From NCBI GenBank assembly GCA_902496185.1, contig CABUZX010000001.1, positions 64,509-128,508 of the forward strand: a DNA stretch of 64,000 nt, given 5' to 3'. Below, piece by piece: positions 26,612 to 36,610 of this stretch. The stretch's first letter is position 1, and each line of letters opens with the position of its first letter. The notes below the pieces were generated by a model that worked only from the letters and a program-made list of their open reading frames with translations, ran no database searches and had not been told where the DNA came from. Origin of the DNA: an uncultured Subdoligranulum sp. (GTDB taxonomy: Bacteria > Bacillota > Clostridia > Christensenellales > CAG-314). The translations under genes were made by a program, and so were the position numbers.

Positions 26612-27148
26612 TTACGTTTTAAAAGTAAAAACTTCTATTTTGTCATAGGTTACACCCAACAATATTTGTACCGTTCTAACAATGTTTAAACGAACAACAG
26701 CATTGGACGCTCCCTTTGCAACCACCACTACGCCTTTTATTTCGGGCATTATTTCTTTAAGCACAACAGGTTCTCCTTTGTATAAAATTAATTCTTCAGT
26801 AGTTAAACCGTTTGAAGTTTCCGTTATAGTTTCGTAAGCATAAGATTTTTCAATACCACTCTCAAAAGTAATTGCGACCGTTGCCTTACCAACTCCCTCT
26901 ATATTACTTATCGTATTTGCAAGTTTAGCTTCAAGATTATTTACGTAATCACCAAAAGTTTTAAGGGTTGTAGTTGCCGTTTCTTGCTTATCAAATAAAT
27001 TAAAATCAGAAAGAAAGACTACCAATACAACCGCACAAATAACAACAGCTATCAATATTTCTAAAAACTTTACAGTACTTTTTTTAAATACGGTTTTTCC
27101 ATTAGAAGTTTTAAAATCTTGATTTGGCTTATTTTCATTGTCCGTCAT
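26612..27148 (-). CDS. spoIIIAG: Stage III sporulation protein AG
   Basis: It has a TM anchor and the conserved C-terminal block IKGVVVVAKGASNAVVRLNIVRTVQILLGV. Confidence 0.85.
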   Translation of the reverse strand: MTDNENKPNQDFKTSNGKTVFKKSTVKFLEILIAVVICAVVLVVFLSDFNLFDKQETATTTLKTFGDYVNNLEAKLANTISNIEGVGKATVAITFESGIEKSYAYETITETSNGLTTEELILYKGEPVVLKEIMPEIKGVVVVAKGASNAVVRLNIVRTVQILLGVTYDKIEVFTFKT

Positions 27149-27627
27149 AGAATAAATACCTGCTTTATAGAAACTCCTGCAACATCAGCAACAACCTCAA
27201 TTATCCTTTCTACATCTATTTTATTTCCATTGATTTCCTTTATTACTGCATTGTCCAAATTTATAGTAATTTTTTCTATTTTTAAAAACGTCTCATCATC
27301 TTGCGCAATAATTATTACTTCACAATTAAATACACCGTGTTCCTCTAAAGATTTTTTTAACTGTTCTTCCATCGTTTTTAATCTTATTTCAAAAATAGTA
27401 TTTGATAAATCTGAATCCATTGAGTATTCTTTGTCTGTAAAATAGCTTGATACGTCTATTGTCCCATCAAACAAAGTTGGCAATGGTGAAGCTATCACCA
27501 AAACAGTAATAAAAGCCAAGACTCCTTTTATAACTTTTGAAGTTTGTCCTGTAGGTATAATTATATCGGCAAGGACCGAGAAAACAATCATTCCTACTAT
27601 ACTTAAAATCCATGAAGTTAGATTCAT
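27145..27627 (-). CDS. spoIIIAF: Stage III sporulation protein AF
   Basis: It has two N-terminal TM helices and a soluble C-terminal domain. Its position in the operon fits. Confidence 0.8.
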   Translation of the reverse strand: MNLTSWILSIVGMIVFSVLADIIIPTGQTSKVIKGVLAFITVLVIASPLPTLFDGTIDVSSYFTDKEYSMDSDLSNTIFEIRLKTMEEQLKKSLEEHGVFNCEVIIIAQDDETFLKIEKITINLDNAVIKEINGNKIDVERIIEVVADVAGVSIKQVFIL

Positions 27628-27636
27628 TAATTTACC

Positions 27637-28830
27637 CTAAAAAACGTTTGCAGAAAAAATCATCATCATTATCAATAAAAACAACATAAAGGTTACAGCT
27701 AAAACAGAAGCCAACAAGATAGACAAGCTCTTACAAATATCAACCAAAAAACCCACTATCGACTTGTCTGCGATAGGTTCAGTCAGCGCCGTTACTATAT
27801 TTAATCCAATATTAAAAACAATAATATGGATTATTGGAGACAAAACAATAGACAACACTATCAACAAACCTACGACTCCAAAACTGTTTTTTATAAGTAC
27901 ACAACTTGTCAGAATTAAATCAAAACCGTCGGCAAGATATCCGCCCAATATCGGAATATAAGCTTTTGTAGCAAATTTAGCAGCCCTAATACTAACACCG
28001 TCAATTGTAGCCGCAGTCAAGCCTTGTATTGCCAAAAAACCAGTAAAAACCGTAAAAGTAATGCCGAGTATCCAACTGCTGACTTTTTTAAAAAAATTTG
28101 CTAACTGATGCAATTTTATTTCTTGCGAAAGATTAGAAATTATACAAAATACAACACAAAAAACAAACATGGGCAAAACTACACCAGAAACGATCTCCGT
28201 TACTCCTTCCGACAAAAGCGCTACAGCAGGAGTATAAACCTTAGAACTGACTTTTGCCCCAGTTGCCGTCATTAAGGTTATTAAAATCGGCATAGAAATA
28301 TTTGATAAACCTTTAATAGAATAAATTGCCTCTTTTGCAATGTTATATAAATCCCATACTCCCGTCAAAAGCAAGAGTAAAACGGTAGAGAAAAAGAAAA
28401 AATTTATTAAATTTCCGGTACTTTCATTTAGCAAATTTGATCTTGTTTTTCCTATTACTCCTGACAAAATACAAATTACAGCTATTCCCGTCAATACGGG
28501 AAAAAGATTTTCTAATTTTACTAAAAATATATTTAACAAATATTGCAAAAAAGAAGTTGCATCAGTTGAAAAATTGCCAGATAAAATATCTTTTGTTGTC
28601 GAAAAAATACTCCCATTAAATAATCCGTAATTTTCCTCTGCGTGCTCTTCTAAAAAACTTTGAAAAGTATCCCAATCTATTTCATCTAACTGCTGGTTTA
28701 TCGTATTATCAAGTTCTTCCTCAATATCATTATTTTCTGTAAAAGATTTACCTATTGCTTCCCCCGAAGGCCTACCTAAAAAAAACAGGATACAAAAGAT
28801 AAGCAACAACAAAAAAAGAATTTTTTTCAT
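27637..28830 (-). CDS. spoIIIAE: Stage III sporulation protein AE
   Basis: It has a signal peptide and about seven TM helices. The length of 397 aa is close to B. subtilis SpoIIIAE. Confidence 0.85.
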   Translation of the reverse strand: MKKILFLLLLIFCILFFLGRPSGEAIGKSFTENNDIEEELDNTINQQLDEIDWDTFQSFLEEHAEENYGLFNGSIFSTTKDILSGNFSTDATSFLQYLLNIFLVKLENLFPVLTGIAVICILSGVIGKTRSNLLNESTGNLINFFFFSTVLLLLLTGVWDLYNIAKEAIYSIKGLSNISMPILITLMTATGAKVSSKVYTPAVALLSEGVTEIVSGVVLPMFVFCVVFCIISNLSQEIKLHQLANFFKKVSSWILGITFTVFTGFLAIQGLTAATIDGVSIRAAKFATKAYIPILGGYLADGFDLILTSCVLIKNSFGVVGLLIVLSIVLSPIIHIIVFNIGLNIVTALTEPIADKSIVGFLVDICKSLSILLASVLAVTFMLFLLIMMMIFSANVF

Positions 28831-29213
28831 GGTAAAATCTCCACTATTATATTGACTAACGTTTTAATAATAGGTAACGCCAACACCATTATAGTAACCT
28901 TTCCGGCTAATATAATTTTATTTCCTATGCTTTTGCAATCACTATCTTCACAAATACTATTTCCAAACTCTGCAAGGTAACCTACTCCTATAATTTTTAA
29001 TACATTACTAAAAATACTTTTATTTATATTTGTTGCTTCGGCAATTGAGTAAAAAGAATAAACTACTTCAAACAATTCATCTGCTACCATTAAAATAATT
29101 AAAATGGTTGTCCCAACCCCCAACACCATTGCAAGTTCTGGACGGAGCGGTTTTAATACAACTATAGCTATCACTGCAATCAAGGCAATTGCGATAATTT
29201 TTAACAAATCCAT
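28827..29213 (-). CDS. spoIIIAD: Stage III sporulation protein AD
   Basis: It is a 128-aa four-TM protein, and its order in the operon fits. Confidence 0.85.
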   Translation of the reverse strand: MDLLKIIAIALIAVIAIVVLKPLRPELAMVLGVGTTILIILMVADELFEVVYSFYSIAEATNINKSIFSNVLKIIGVGYLAEFGNSICEDSDCKSIGNKIILAGKVTIMVLALPIIKTLVNIIVEILP

Positions 29214-29416
29214 ATAGGTAAATTCAATTCAAAAAGATCCTTTATCGTATCAAAAAGCTCTATTACCATATCAACTACAATAAATAAAACTAATATCAAC
29301 CCAGCAATCGTAACTAAAGTTGCAATATCATCTCGATCCGATTTTTTTAACAAAATACTTATTATTGCCGTTAAAAGCCCAATAGCGGCAATTTTTAAAA
29401 TTACGTTTATATCCAT
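29201..29416 (-). CDS. spoIIIAC: Stage III sporulation protein AC
   Basis: It is a 71-aa two-TM protein, and its order in the operon fits. Confidence 0.85.
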   Translation of the reverse strand: MDINVILKIAAIGLLTAIISILLKKSDRDDIATLVTIAGLILVLFIVVDMVIELFDTIKDLFELNLPIWIC

Positions 29417-29421
29417 TTTAA

Positions 29422-29922
29422 TTACACCATTAAAATACTCAAAAAAACACCCGTAAGCATCCCCAGTTTACTATACATTTTGCCTTTTTTTTCATAAGTA
29501 CTTTTAGCTTCTTCCAGTTGCTTTAAAAAATAGTATTTATAAGTACTCAATTGGGTTTTTTGACTTATCACGTCGCTTTTACCTAAAACGTTTAAAAAAT
29601 CGTTTATATATCTTGATTGTTCATCTGTTATCAAAGGAATTATATTCTTAAGGACAAATTCGAACTTACTATTTTTTTCATAACATTCACCAAAACCTTT
29701 TTTTAACATAATATCACTAAATTCTTTTGAAGATCCACGAGAAAATTCCACAACAAAACTGTTTAAATCTTTTTGAAAAAATTCAAGATTAGCCTCGTAG
29801 TTATTGCAAAATGTTACAAAATCAAAAAAAAGCACTTCTCGTGACTTGTATCTTTTGCAGACCGCGACCCCCATATATGAGCAAAGGAAAGTCATAATAA
29901 TACATAAAAATACCTTAATCAT
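29422..29922 (-). CDS. spoIIIAB: Stage III sporulation protein AB
   Basis: It is a 166-aa protein with terminal TM helices and a GspF-like soluble core. Confidence 0.85.
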   Translation of the reverse strand: MIKVFLCIIMTFLCSYMGVAVCKRYKSREVLFFDFVTFCNNYEANLEFFQKDLNSFVVEFSRGSSKEFSDIMLKKGFGECYEKNSKFEFVLKNIIPLITDEQSRYINDFLNVLGKSDVISQKTQLSTYKYYFLKQLEEAKSTYEKKGKMYSKLGMLTGVFLSILMV

Positions 29923-30848
29923 AATACCCTTTCTAATTTTTCATCAAAAACACCTTCTATCGTTCCAGCGCCAAGTCTGTCACTAAGCAACACAATAAAA
30001 TCGAAAATAGCTTCAAAGCTTGACAGCTCCAATTTTGTTAATGCGTTAAAAACACTATCGGCATGAATTGAGGCAAAAATTTTTACACCACTTTGCGCAA
30101 CCATTTTAATTAAATCCAAATCATTTTTAAATATTTCGTCACAAACAATCAGTTCTGGCGACATTGACCTAATACCCCATTCAAAGGCAAATTTTTTAGA
30201 GCAGTTCGTCAATACGTCACAAGTATCGTTGAGAGCAAAAGATGATTTACCATCTTTGATTCCCGAAAGTTCTTCTCGTTCATCCACAATAAGAGTATTT
30301 ATTTTTTTATCTCGCAGTTGATAAATCATATCTCTTAAAAAAGTTGTTTTACCACACGACGGTCTCGAAACCACCAAGACGCTTTTTAATGGGTCGGAAA
30401 AATATTTCTTTACTTTAAACGAACAATTTTTTATCTCGTGAGGTATACGAATGTTTATAGAAGAAAAATTTTTAAGACTGATTATCTTTTCGTTGTTTAA
30501 AACTACTTCTCCACAAACTCCTATTCTTGTCCCTCCTAAATAAGGTAAAAAGCCGTTTAAAAGTTGACCTATATATGCATAAACAGATTTATTGCAAGCC
30601 AAAAAAACTATCTCTTCCACTTCTTCTTTACTTGGCAAAACCGCTAATTGCTTGTCCAATACAATTCCGTTTTTGCCTAAAAAGCATTGATTGTTTAAAA
30701 ACTTAAGCAAAATAGGTTGAGCCACTCTGATCCTTATTTCACACAAATCTTTTAGATTGATTTTTTCAAATGCCTTACGCCATTCGTATGGAAAAATTTT
30801 TAAAATATTTTCAATAGCATACAAATTTGCAAAATCGGGTTTGTCCAT
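29919..30848 (-). CDS. spoIIIAA: Stage III sporulation protein AA (secretion-type ATPase)
   Basis: It has Walker A SRPSCGKTTFLRD, Walker B LIVDE and the EIRIRVAQPILL N-terminal block. Confidence 0.9.
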   Translation of the reverse strand: MDKPDFANLYAIENILKIFPYEWRKAFEKINLKDLCEIRIRVAQPILLKFLNNQCFLGKNGIVLDKQLAVLPSKEEVEEIVFLACNKSVYAYIGQLLNGFLPYLGGTRIGVCGEVVLNNEKIISLKNFSSINIRIPHEIKNCSFKVKKYFSDPLKSVLVVSRPSCGKTTFLRDMIYQLRDKKINTLIVDEREELSGIKDGKSSFALNDTCDVLTNCSKKFAFEWGIRSMSPELIVCDEIFKNDLDLIKMVAQSGVKIFASIHADSVFNALTKLELSSFEAIFDFIVLLSDRLGAGTIEGVFDEKLERVL

Positions 30849-30853
30849 AATAA

Positions 30854-30881
30854 ATTGTATTTTTTTTAAACAAGTTTATGA
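30854..30881 (-). promoter_or_regulatory. Candidate sigma-E type promoter of the spoIIIA operon
   Basis: On the - strand: TCATAAA (30881-30875), 13 nt, AATACAAT (30861-30854). The Bacillus sigma-E consensus is kmATAtt-N14-CATACAmT. The ATG at 30848 is only 5 nt downstream. Confidence 0.4.
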
Positions 30882-30895
30882 CAAAAAAAATAATA

Positions 30896-30925
30896 AAAAA
30901 ATCCTTGCATTTGCAAGGATTTTTT
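30896..30925 (-). terminator. Rho-independent terminator after efp
   Basis: The palindrome is aaaaaatccttgcatttgcaaggatttttt, followed by a T-run on the - strand. Confidence 0.7.
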
Positions 30926-30957
30926 CCATCAAAATATTTTTGTATTATTTAATTAAA

Positions 30958-31518
30958 TTACTTTGCTCTTTCCATATATTCGCCAGTACGAGTATCAACG
31001 CGAATAACTTCTCCCTCGTTGATAAACATTGGGACCTGAAGCTCAAAGCCTGTTTCAAGCGTTGCTGGTTTTGTTGCGTTTGTCGCCGTATTACCCGCCA
31101 CGCCCGGTTCACACTTAACGATTTGCAATTCTACAAAATTTGGCGCTTCTACACTAAAAGCCTCTCCTTTATAAAATTTAATCGTTGCTTGCATGTTTTC
31201 CTTCATAAACATAAGGGCGTCTTCGACCTGACCTTTGTTAAGCGGAAGTTGCTCATAAGTTTCCGGATCCATAAAATAGTACAATTCGCCGTCACTATAG
31301 AGATATTCCATTTGTTTTGTTTCGATAATTGCTTTTTCAAACTTTTCAGTTGGGTTAAAAGTTTTTTCAAGCACTGCGCCAGTAACAACGTTTTTGATTT
31401 TTGTTCTAACAAATGCAGAACCTTTACCCGGTTTAACGTGCAAAAAGTCAACTACGATAAAAATATTACCTTCAAAAACAAAAGTAATGCCCTTTCTCAA
31501 ATCACCTGCTAATATCAT
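30958..31518 (-). CDS. efp: Elongation factor P
   Basis: It is collinear with EF-P over its full length ([17 protein letters not shown]). The SD GGAGG lies upstream. Confidence 0.93.
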   Translation of the reverse strand: MILAGDLRKGITFVFEGNIFIVVDFLHVKPGKGSAFVRTKIKNVVTGAVLEKTFNPTEKFEKAIIETKQMEYLYSDGELYYFMDPETYEQLPLNKGQVEDALMFMKENMQATIKFYKGEAFSVEAPNFVELQIVKCEPGVAGNTATNATKPATLETGFELQVPMFINEGEVIRVDTRTGEYMERAK

Positions 31519-31542
31519 AAAAATCCTCCGATATTGATTATC

Positions 31543-32619
31543 TTATAATATAATAATATTTTTTTCTGAACTTGTCAAATCAATTACTCTATCTTGTTTA
31601 ATAACGAGTAAATCTTCTATCCTTACTCCGCCTACGTTGGGCACGTAAATACCCGGCTCTACAGTCATAAGAACGTTTGGTTGTAAAGTTCCTTCATATT
31701 TTGGACTGAGGCGCGGTTCCTCATGAACGTCAAGACCAAGACTATGACCAAGTCCATGCGTAAAATATTCACCGTAACCGTTTGCTGATATTACTTCTGA
31801 TGCAAGCGCATGTCCTTCTGCACCACTCATTCCGCAAGTAAGATTTTTTATTGCATGAGTTTGAGCCTTTAATACGATTTCATAAATTTCTTTAATTTGC
31901 GGATTTGGTCTACCTACAAAAACGGTACGCGTCATATCACTGCAATATCCCTTATATTTTGCGCCAAAATCCATTGTAATTGCTTCACCTGCAACTATTT
32001 TTTTATCAGTTGGATGAGCATGTGGTTTACTTCCGTTGATTCCGCTTGCTACTATTGTGTCAAACGCCAACCCCGTAGCGCCCAATTTACGCATCCTATA
32101 CTCCAACTCAACGGCAATATCCAACTCGCTTATACCGGGTTTTATTGATTTTAAAACCGCCTTAAATGCATTATCGGTAATACTTTGAGCTTTTGTAATC
32201 AATTCGATTTCATCTTCGGTTTTTATTTTGCGTTGCTCAAGAATACTTTCACCACAACCTACAAACTTAATTTCTTTAAATTTAAGTTTTAAGCTATTAA
32301 ATTCGTTAACCGTTAATTCTGTGTCTTCAAAACCGAGCTTTAAAACCTTATTATCCATCAAGAATTGATAGATTGTTGAATAATTTGAGCCGTTAGCACC
32401 AAAGAGATGTAGTTGAATACGAGCGTCGTTTGCAAAATGTTGTTCTGACATTTCGTAATAACGAGCGTCCGTATAAAAATGCGCTTGTCCGTCTTTTAAA
32501 AATAGTAATATACCAAACGTGCTTGCAAAACCCGTATAATAAAGCCTGTTTTTTTCTGACGTAATGATTATTGCGTCTAAGTCCTTAAGATTCCTAAAAA
32601 TAGACTCTGCTGTTTTCAT
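31543..32619 (-). CDS. pepP: Xaa-Pro aminopeptidase/dipeptidase (M24B)
   Basis: It has the M24 metal-ligand blocks DMTRT, HGLGHSLGLDVHE, VEPGIY and VRIED. Confidence 0.88.
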   Translation of the reverse strand: MKTAESIFRNLKDLDAIIITSEKNRLYYTGFASTFGILLFLKDGQAHFYTDARYYEMSEQHFANDARIQLHLFGANGSNYSTIYQFLMDNKVLKLGFEDTELTVNEFNSLKLKFKEIKFVGCGESILEQRKIKTEDEIELITKAQSITDNAFKAVLKSIKPGISELDIAVELEYRMRKLGATGLAFDTIVASGINGSKPHAHPTDKKIVAGEAITMDFGAKYKGYCSDMTRTVFVGRPNPQIKEIYEIVLKAQTHAIKNLTCGMSGAEGHALASEVISANGYGEYFTHGLGHSLGLDVHEEPRLSPKYEGTLQPNVLMTVEPGIYVPNVGGVRIEDLLVIKQDRVIDLTSSEKNIIIL

Positions 32620-32638
32620 TAACTTTATCTCCTTTTAT

Positions 32639-33490
32639 TTATAATTTTATTGATTCATAATAGTTTTTCATTTGTTGAGCATCTTCCGCTTGAGTTCCAT
32701 CGGATTCACAAATAATAACAGGGCTCAGCTCGTATTGTGAGACGACTTGTAAAAATTTTTCATAAGACGGACCGTATTGCTCATCCGCAAAGGTTAAATG
32801 CTTGACTTCTCCCCCCTTTGAATACTCTATCTTCGAAAAATGAACGTGCAAGTTTTTTGTTTTTTCTTCTCCGATAATATTCATTACGTTGTCTATTACT
32901 CTACGAAAATCATTATCTTCTTTGAGCCCACCGAGAGTACGAGCATTTAAATGTCCAAAATCAATAGTAGGCGTCAAGCATTTGTCCATAGCGCATAAAG
33001 TTGCAATTTCCGTTTCGTCTCCAATTTGATTAATTTTGCCCATTGTTTCGGGACAAAAGGTTAATTCCTGCAAGTTATTAAAGTAAATTGCTTCTAATAA
33101 TTTTTCAAAATTTTTTTTACAAAGCTCAAACGCTTCGTTTCTATTCATTTTACCCAAGGTCGCAGAGTGAAATACAAGCCTTTTTCCACCAAGCATTTGT
33201 AGTTTTTTTGCGCTATTAATAACGTATGATACACTTTTATTTATCATTTCCTCTGATGGATTGGAAAAATTTATGTAATACGGAGCATGAACGGAAATTT
33301 CCACACCATACTTTTCGCTTTGATTACGCATAAGCAAACATTTGACGTCGCTAATATTTATTCCTCTACCAAAACTGTATTCGTAAGCTGTTAATCCTTT
33401 TTGTGACAACCACTTAAAAGCTTGTTCGCTATGTTTATTGCCTTCAGCATAAAAGCTATTACTGTTTCCGCTTGGTCCGAATTTAATCAT
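32639..33490 (-). CDS. Xylose-isomerase-like TIM-barrel protein, endonuclease IV (AP endonuclease 2) family
   Basis: His/Asp/Glu-containing beta-strand ends (SVHAPYYINF, LVFHSAT, CPETMG, DFGHLNA, HVHFS) match the endo IV-type metal site pattern. The exact activity is unknown. Confidence 0.65.
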   Translation of the reverse strand: MIKFGPSGNSNSFYAEGNKHSEQAFKWLSQKGLTAYEYSFGRGINISDVKCLLMRNQSEKYGVEISVHAPYYINFSNPSEEMINKSVSYVINSAKKLQMLGGKRLVFHSATLGKMNRNEAFELCKKNFEKLLEAIYFNNLQELTFCPETMGKINQIGDETEIATLCAMDKCLTPTIDFGHLNARTLGGLKEDNDFRRVIDNVMNIIGEEKTKNLHVHFSKIEYSKGGEVKHLTFADEQYGPSYEKFLQVVSQYELSPVIICESDGTQAEDAQQMKNYYESIKL

Positions 33491-34398
33491 TTTAATAAAG
33501 CTTCCGCCTCCGCCCTGTCTTTTTTTAGTTGCAACGATAATTCTTCTGTCGAAGCAAAACGTTTTTGTTCTCTTAAATATTTTTCAAAATACAAAGTTAT
33601 TTTTTTGCCGTACAAATCACCATCAAAAGATAATAAATGCGCTTCGATTTTTTTTTCAAAATCATTAAAAGTCATACGCGCGCCAATATTAATTATCGCT
33701 TTAAATTTTTTTTCTTCTACCAAACAATAACCCGCATAAACCCCGTCTTTTAACAAAGTAAGATTTGTTTTTATGGGTAAATTAGCAGTAGAAAAACCTA
33801 AATTACGACCAACTGAATATCCGCTACAAACCGTTTCGGTATAACGATAACTCTCTCCTAATAATTGATTTGCAGTCGTCAAATCGCCACTCGTCAAGGA
33901 TTTTGCTATACGTGAAGTACTAATCTTCTTTCCATCAAAAACCATTTTAGGTAATACGTGCAGTTTTATGTTATTTTTTTTGCAAAATTTATCTAAAACT
34001 TCAACGTTTCCTATAGCATTTTTGCCAAAAGTATAATCAAATCCGCAAACAATTGCCATAATATTAAAATTTTTCAATTTATCCAAAAATTGTTTGTCAG
34101 TCAGTTGAGAAAAACTTTTATTAAAAGTTTCATACAAAATATAATCCAAATTTAAGGTATTAAATATGTCGCATCTCGTTTCAAAATCATAAACGAGTTT
34201 TGGTGATTCTTTTAAAAAAAATTCTTTTGGGTTGTTGTCAAAAGAAAACACAGCACTTGATGCGCCTAATTCCTTTGCGCAATTTTTGCATTTTAAAAGC
34301 AATTCCCTATGAGCCAAATGTACGCTATCAAAATGCCCCAAAGCTAATACGATTGGCGCATTGATAATTGAATCGCTAAATCGATAAATTTTCAACAT
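33487..34398 (-). CDS. ribF: Bifunctional riboflavin kinase / FMN adenylyltransferase
   Basis: It has an N-terminal FAD synthetase domain (ALGHFDSVHLAHRELL) and a C-terminal riboflavin kinase domain (GFSTANL, EAHLLSFDGDLYG). Confidence 0.9.
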   Translation of the reverse strand: MLKIYRFSDSIINAPIVLALGHFDSVHLAHRELLLKCKNCAKELGASSAVFSFDNNPKEFFLKESPKLVYDFETRCDIFNTLNLDYILYETFNKSFSQLTDKQFLDKLKNFNIMAIVCGFDYTFGKNAIGNVEVLDKFCKKNNIKLHVLPKMVFDGKKISTSRIAKSLTSGDLTTANQLLGESYRYTETVCSGYSVGRNLGFSTANLPIKTNLTLLKDGVYAGYCLVEEKKFKAIINIGARMTFNDFEKKIEAHLLSFDGDLYGKKITLYFEKYLREQKRFASTEELSLQLKKDRAEAEALLK

Positions 34399-34406
34399 TA
34401 TCCCCT

Positions 34407-35279
34407 TTAATCAATTAAACGGTAATTTAAAACTAATTTATTATCCACAAACTTACCAAGGCCAAAAAATTCATCTTTACAGTACACTTTATACTGTACT
34501 ATGTCTGCCATATTAGATGACAAATCGCAAATATTAGATATTTTAACCCCATTATAGAGCATTTTATAATATTTTTGTGGAACGTCTAATCGTAAAAAAT
34601 CTCCCAAAGGATATTCCAAATTTAATACTGCAGAATTAGGATCTAAAGATATTTCCTCAATTGTTTTAGCGTTAGATATTTCAAATGCTCCGCTTGACAA
34701 CCTTATCAAGCAACTCATATAAGCTACGGTATTCAGCTTTTCAGCCAAATCACGCGCAATACTGCGCATATAGGTACCGCCACTACAAGTTATATCAAAA
34801 CACCACGTATTACAAGAAACCTGTCGAACAATTTCAAAAGAAAATATTTCCACCTCTCTTACAGGTAAGTCCAATTTTTTACCTTCTCTTGCTAAATCAT
34901 ATGCGCGTCTGCCGTTTATCGACAAAGCGGAATACATTGGTGGAACTTGGTTAATTTTACCTATAAACTTTTCCGTTTCTTTTTTTAAAGCATCAAAATC
35001 AAAAGAAAAATCCTTTGTTTCGGTAACTTTACCGTAAGAATCTAAAGTATCGGTAGTTTTGCCAAAAGTAAAAAAAACTCGATACTTTTTTGTTTTAAAT
35101 GTTAATAAATCAAAAAGTTTCGTACCTTTACCCAATGCCACAGGCAATACTCCGGACGCGCCGGGATCAAGGGTTCCCAAATGTCCTATTTTTTTTTGTC
35201 CGAAAATGCCTTTTAAACGTACTACAATGTCGCTTGCGGTTGGCCCTGAAGGCTTTAAGACGTTTATGAATCCGTCCAT
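34407..35279 (-). CDS. truB: tRNA pseudouridine(55) synthase
   Basis: It has the GHLGTLDPGASGVL catalytic Asp block and QVPPMYSA. Confidence 0.92.
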   Translation of the reverse strand: MDGFINVLKPSGPTASDIVVRLKGIFGQKKIGHLGTLDPGASGVLPVALGKGTKLFDLLTFKTKKYRVFFTFGKTTDTLDSYGKVTETKDFSFDFDALKKETEKFIGKINQVPPMYSALSINGRRAYDLAREGKKLDLPVREVEIFSFEIVRQVSCNTWCFDITCSGGTYMRSIARDLAEKLNTVAYMSCLIRLSSGAFEISNAKTIEEISLDPNSAVLNLEYPLGDFLRLDVPQKYYKMLYNGVKISNICDLSSNMADIVQYKVYCKDEFFGLGKFVDNKLVLNYRLID

Positions 35280-36235
35280 TGTAAGTCCTCTACTGCTCTA
35301 ACGATTTTATCTATTACGTCTTCTAAAAATCCGCATAAAACACATCCTGACGCTTGCTTATGTCCACCACCGCCGAAAAATTTACAAATTTCCGAAACGT
35401 CAAGCTTTTTACTTCGCATACTGATTTTAAATGAATTAGCGTTATTTTGGCTAATACATACGCCAATTTGCGCAGTATCTACACTGATTGCATAATCCGT
35501 AAAACCTTCCGTATAAGTTATGTCAGCATTGCAATCTTTAAAATCTTTTTCAGTAACGTACATAATACAAAGTTTACCGTCAAAATATCTACGCATATTT
35601 GATAAACTTTTACCCAAAAGTTTTAATCGAATATAAGAAGTTTCATTATAAAGTTTTCTATTAATTTCTGCAATATCTATACCAAAAGAAATCAACTGTC
35701 TTGCGCATAAAAACGAATTTTCATTAGTATTACTATGTTTAAAATTACCCGTATCCGTGGATAAGCCAACAAATAAAGCCGTTGCAATTTCCTTATCAAG
35801 AGGGATATTCAAATCATTGATTATTTTTAATACAATTTCACAAGTGCTTGAATAACCTAAAACAAACGTGTTTTCACAAAAATCTTCGTGCGTAATATGA
35901 TGATCTATCGCTAACGTATTTTTATTGTTTATAAACTTATTATAAAAAGCGCCTAGTCGTCCCAAATCTCCACAGTCGATTGCAACATATAGATCAAAAT
36001 TTTTAATTTTTTCCTTAAGTTCAATATAAAAATGCTTATCAAAACCAAAATTTAAAAACTTTGACGGCACTTTTTCGTCACAAAAAATCTTTACCGTTTT
36101 TCCTTTCTTTGATAAAGCAAGTTTTAAAGCAAGAGCCGCCCCCAAAGTATCTCCATCCGGGCGGGTATGACAAAATAACGCAATATTATTTGCGTTATTT
36201 AAAATATTTTTGCATTTATCAAAGTCTATCCTCAT
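35264..36235 (-). CDS. nrnA: DHH/DHHA1 phosphoesterase (NrnA-type oligoribonuclease / pAp phosphatase)
   Basis: It has the motifs HTRPDGD, AIDCGD, IDHH and GGGGHKQASG. Confidence 0.85.
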   Translation of the reverse strand: MRIDFDKCKNILNNANNIALFCHTRPDGDTLGAALALKLALSKKGKTVKIFCDEKVPSKFLNFGFDKHFYIELKEKIKNFDLYVAIDCGDLGRLGAFYNKFINNKNTLAIDHHITHEDFCENTFVLGYSSTCEIVLKIINDLNIPLDKEIATALFVGLSTDTGNFKHSNTNENSFLCARQLISFGIDIAEINRKLYNETSYIRLKLLGKSLSNMRRYFDGKLCIMYVTEKDFKDCNADITYTEGFTDYAISVDTAQIGVCISQNNANSFKISMRSKKLDVSEICKFFGGGGHKQASGCVLCGFLEDVIDKIVRAVEDLQWTDS

Positions 36236-36239
36236 AAAA

Positions 36240-36596
36240 TTAATCCTTGTTTTTTGACAAACTATCTAAAATTTCGTCTATTTTTTGACTATATTGAGAT
36301 GCTTCGTCACGATAAAAAGTTAGTTGAGGAACGGTACGTATGCGCATCATTTTGTAAAGATTAGTTCTCACAAAATTTGCGCTATTTTGTATGGCGTCAA
36401 ATGTTTCGTCAGATTTATTTTTGTTTGTTGAAAAAATACTAACGTAAACCTTTGCAACGGTTAACTCTTTATCGACTGAAACCTGCGTAATAGTAAACAT
36501 TTCAGTCAGGCGTGGATCTTTTACTTTTTTTGATAAAATTTCATATATATTTTTTTGCAACTCGGCATTTATTTTGCCTGCTCTATTGTTTGCCAT
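36240..36596 (-). CDS. rbfA: Ribosome-binding factor A
   Basis: It is a KH-like RbfA (KDPRL...VTITQV-like, VPQLTFYRD). Confidence 0.9.
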   Translation of the reverse strand: MANNRAGKINAELQKNIYEILSKKVKDPRLTEMFTITQVSVDKELTVAKVYVSIFSTNKNKSDETFDAIQNSANFVRTNLYKMMRIRTVPQLTFYRDEASQYSQKIDEILDSLSKNKD

Positions 36597-36610
36597 AATT
36601 AACCCGTAAT

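Noticed and set aside
30757-31512. 251-aa + strand ORF antisense to spoIIIAA/efp, and similar long antisense ORFs (9962-10435, 25579-26073, 37194-37820, 37736-38290, 50129-50614, 50693-51124, 54754-55335, 61519-61983)
   Set aside because: All lie opposite strongly conserved genes. They lack SDs and have Phe/Ile/Leu/Cys/Ser-rich compositions typical of the complement of AT-rich coding sequence. Such shadow ORFs are expected by chance in a genome with few stop codons on the antisense strand.
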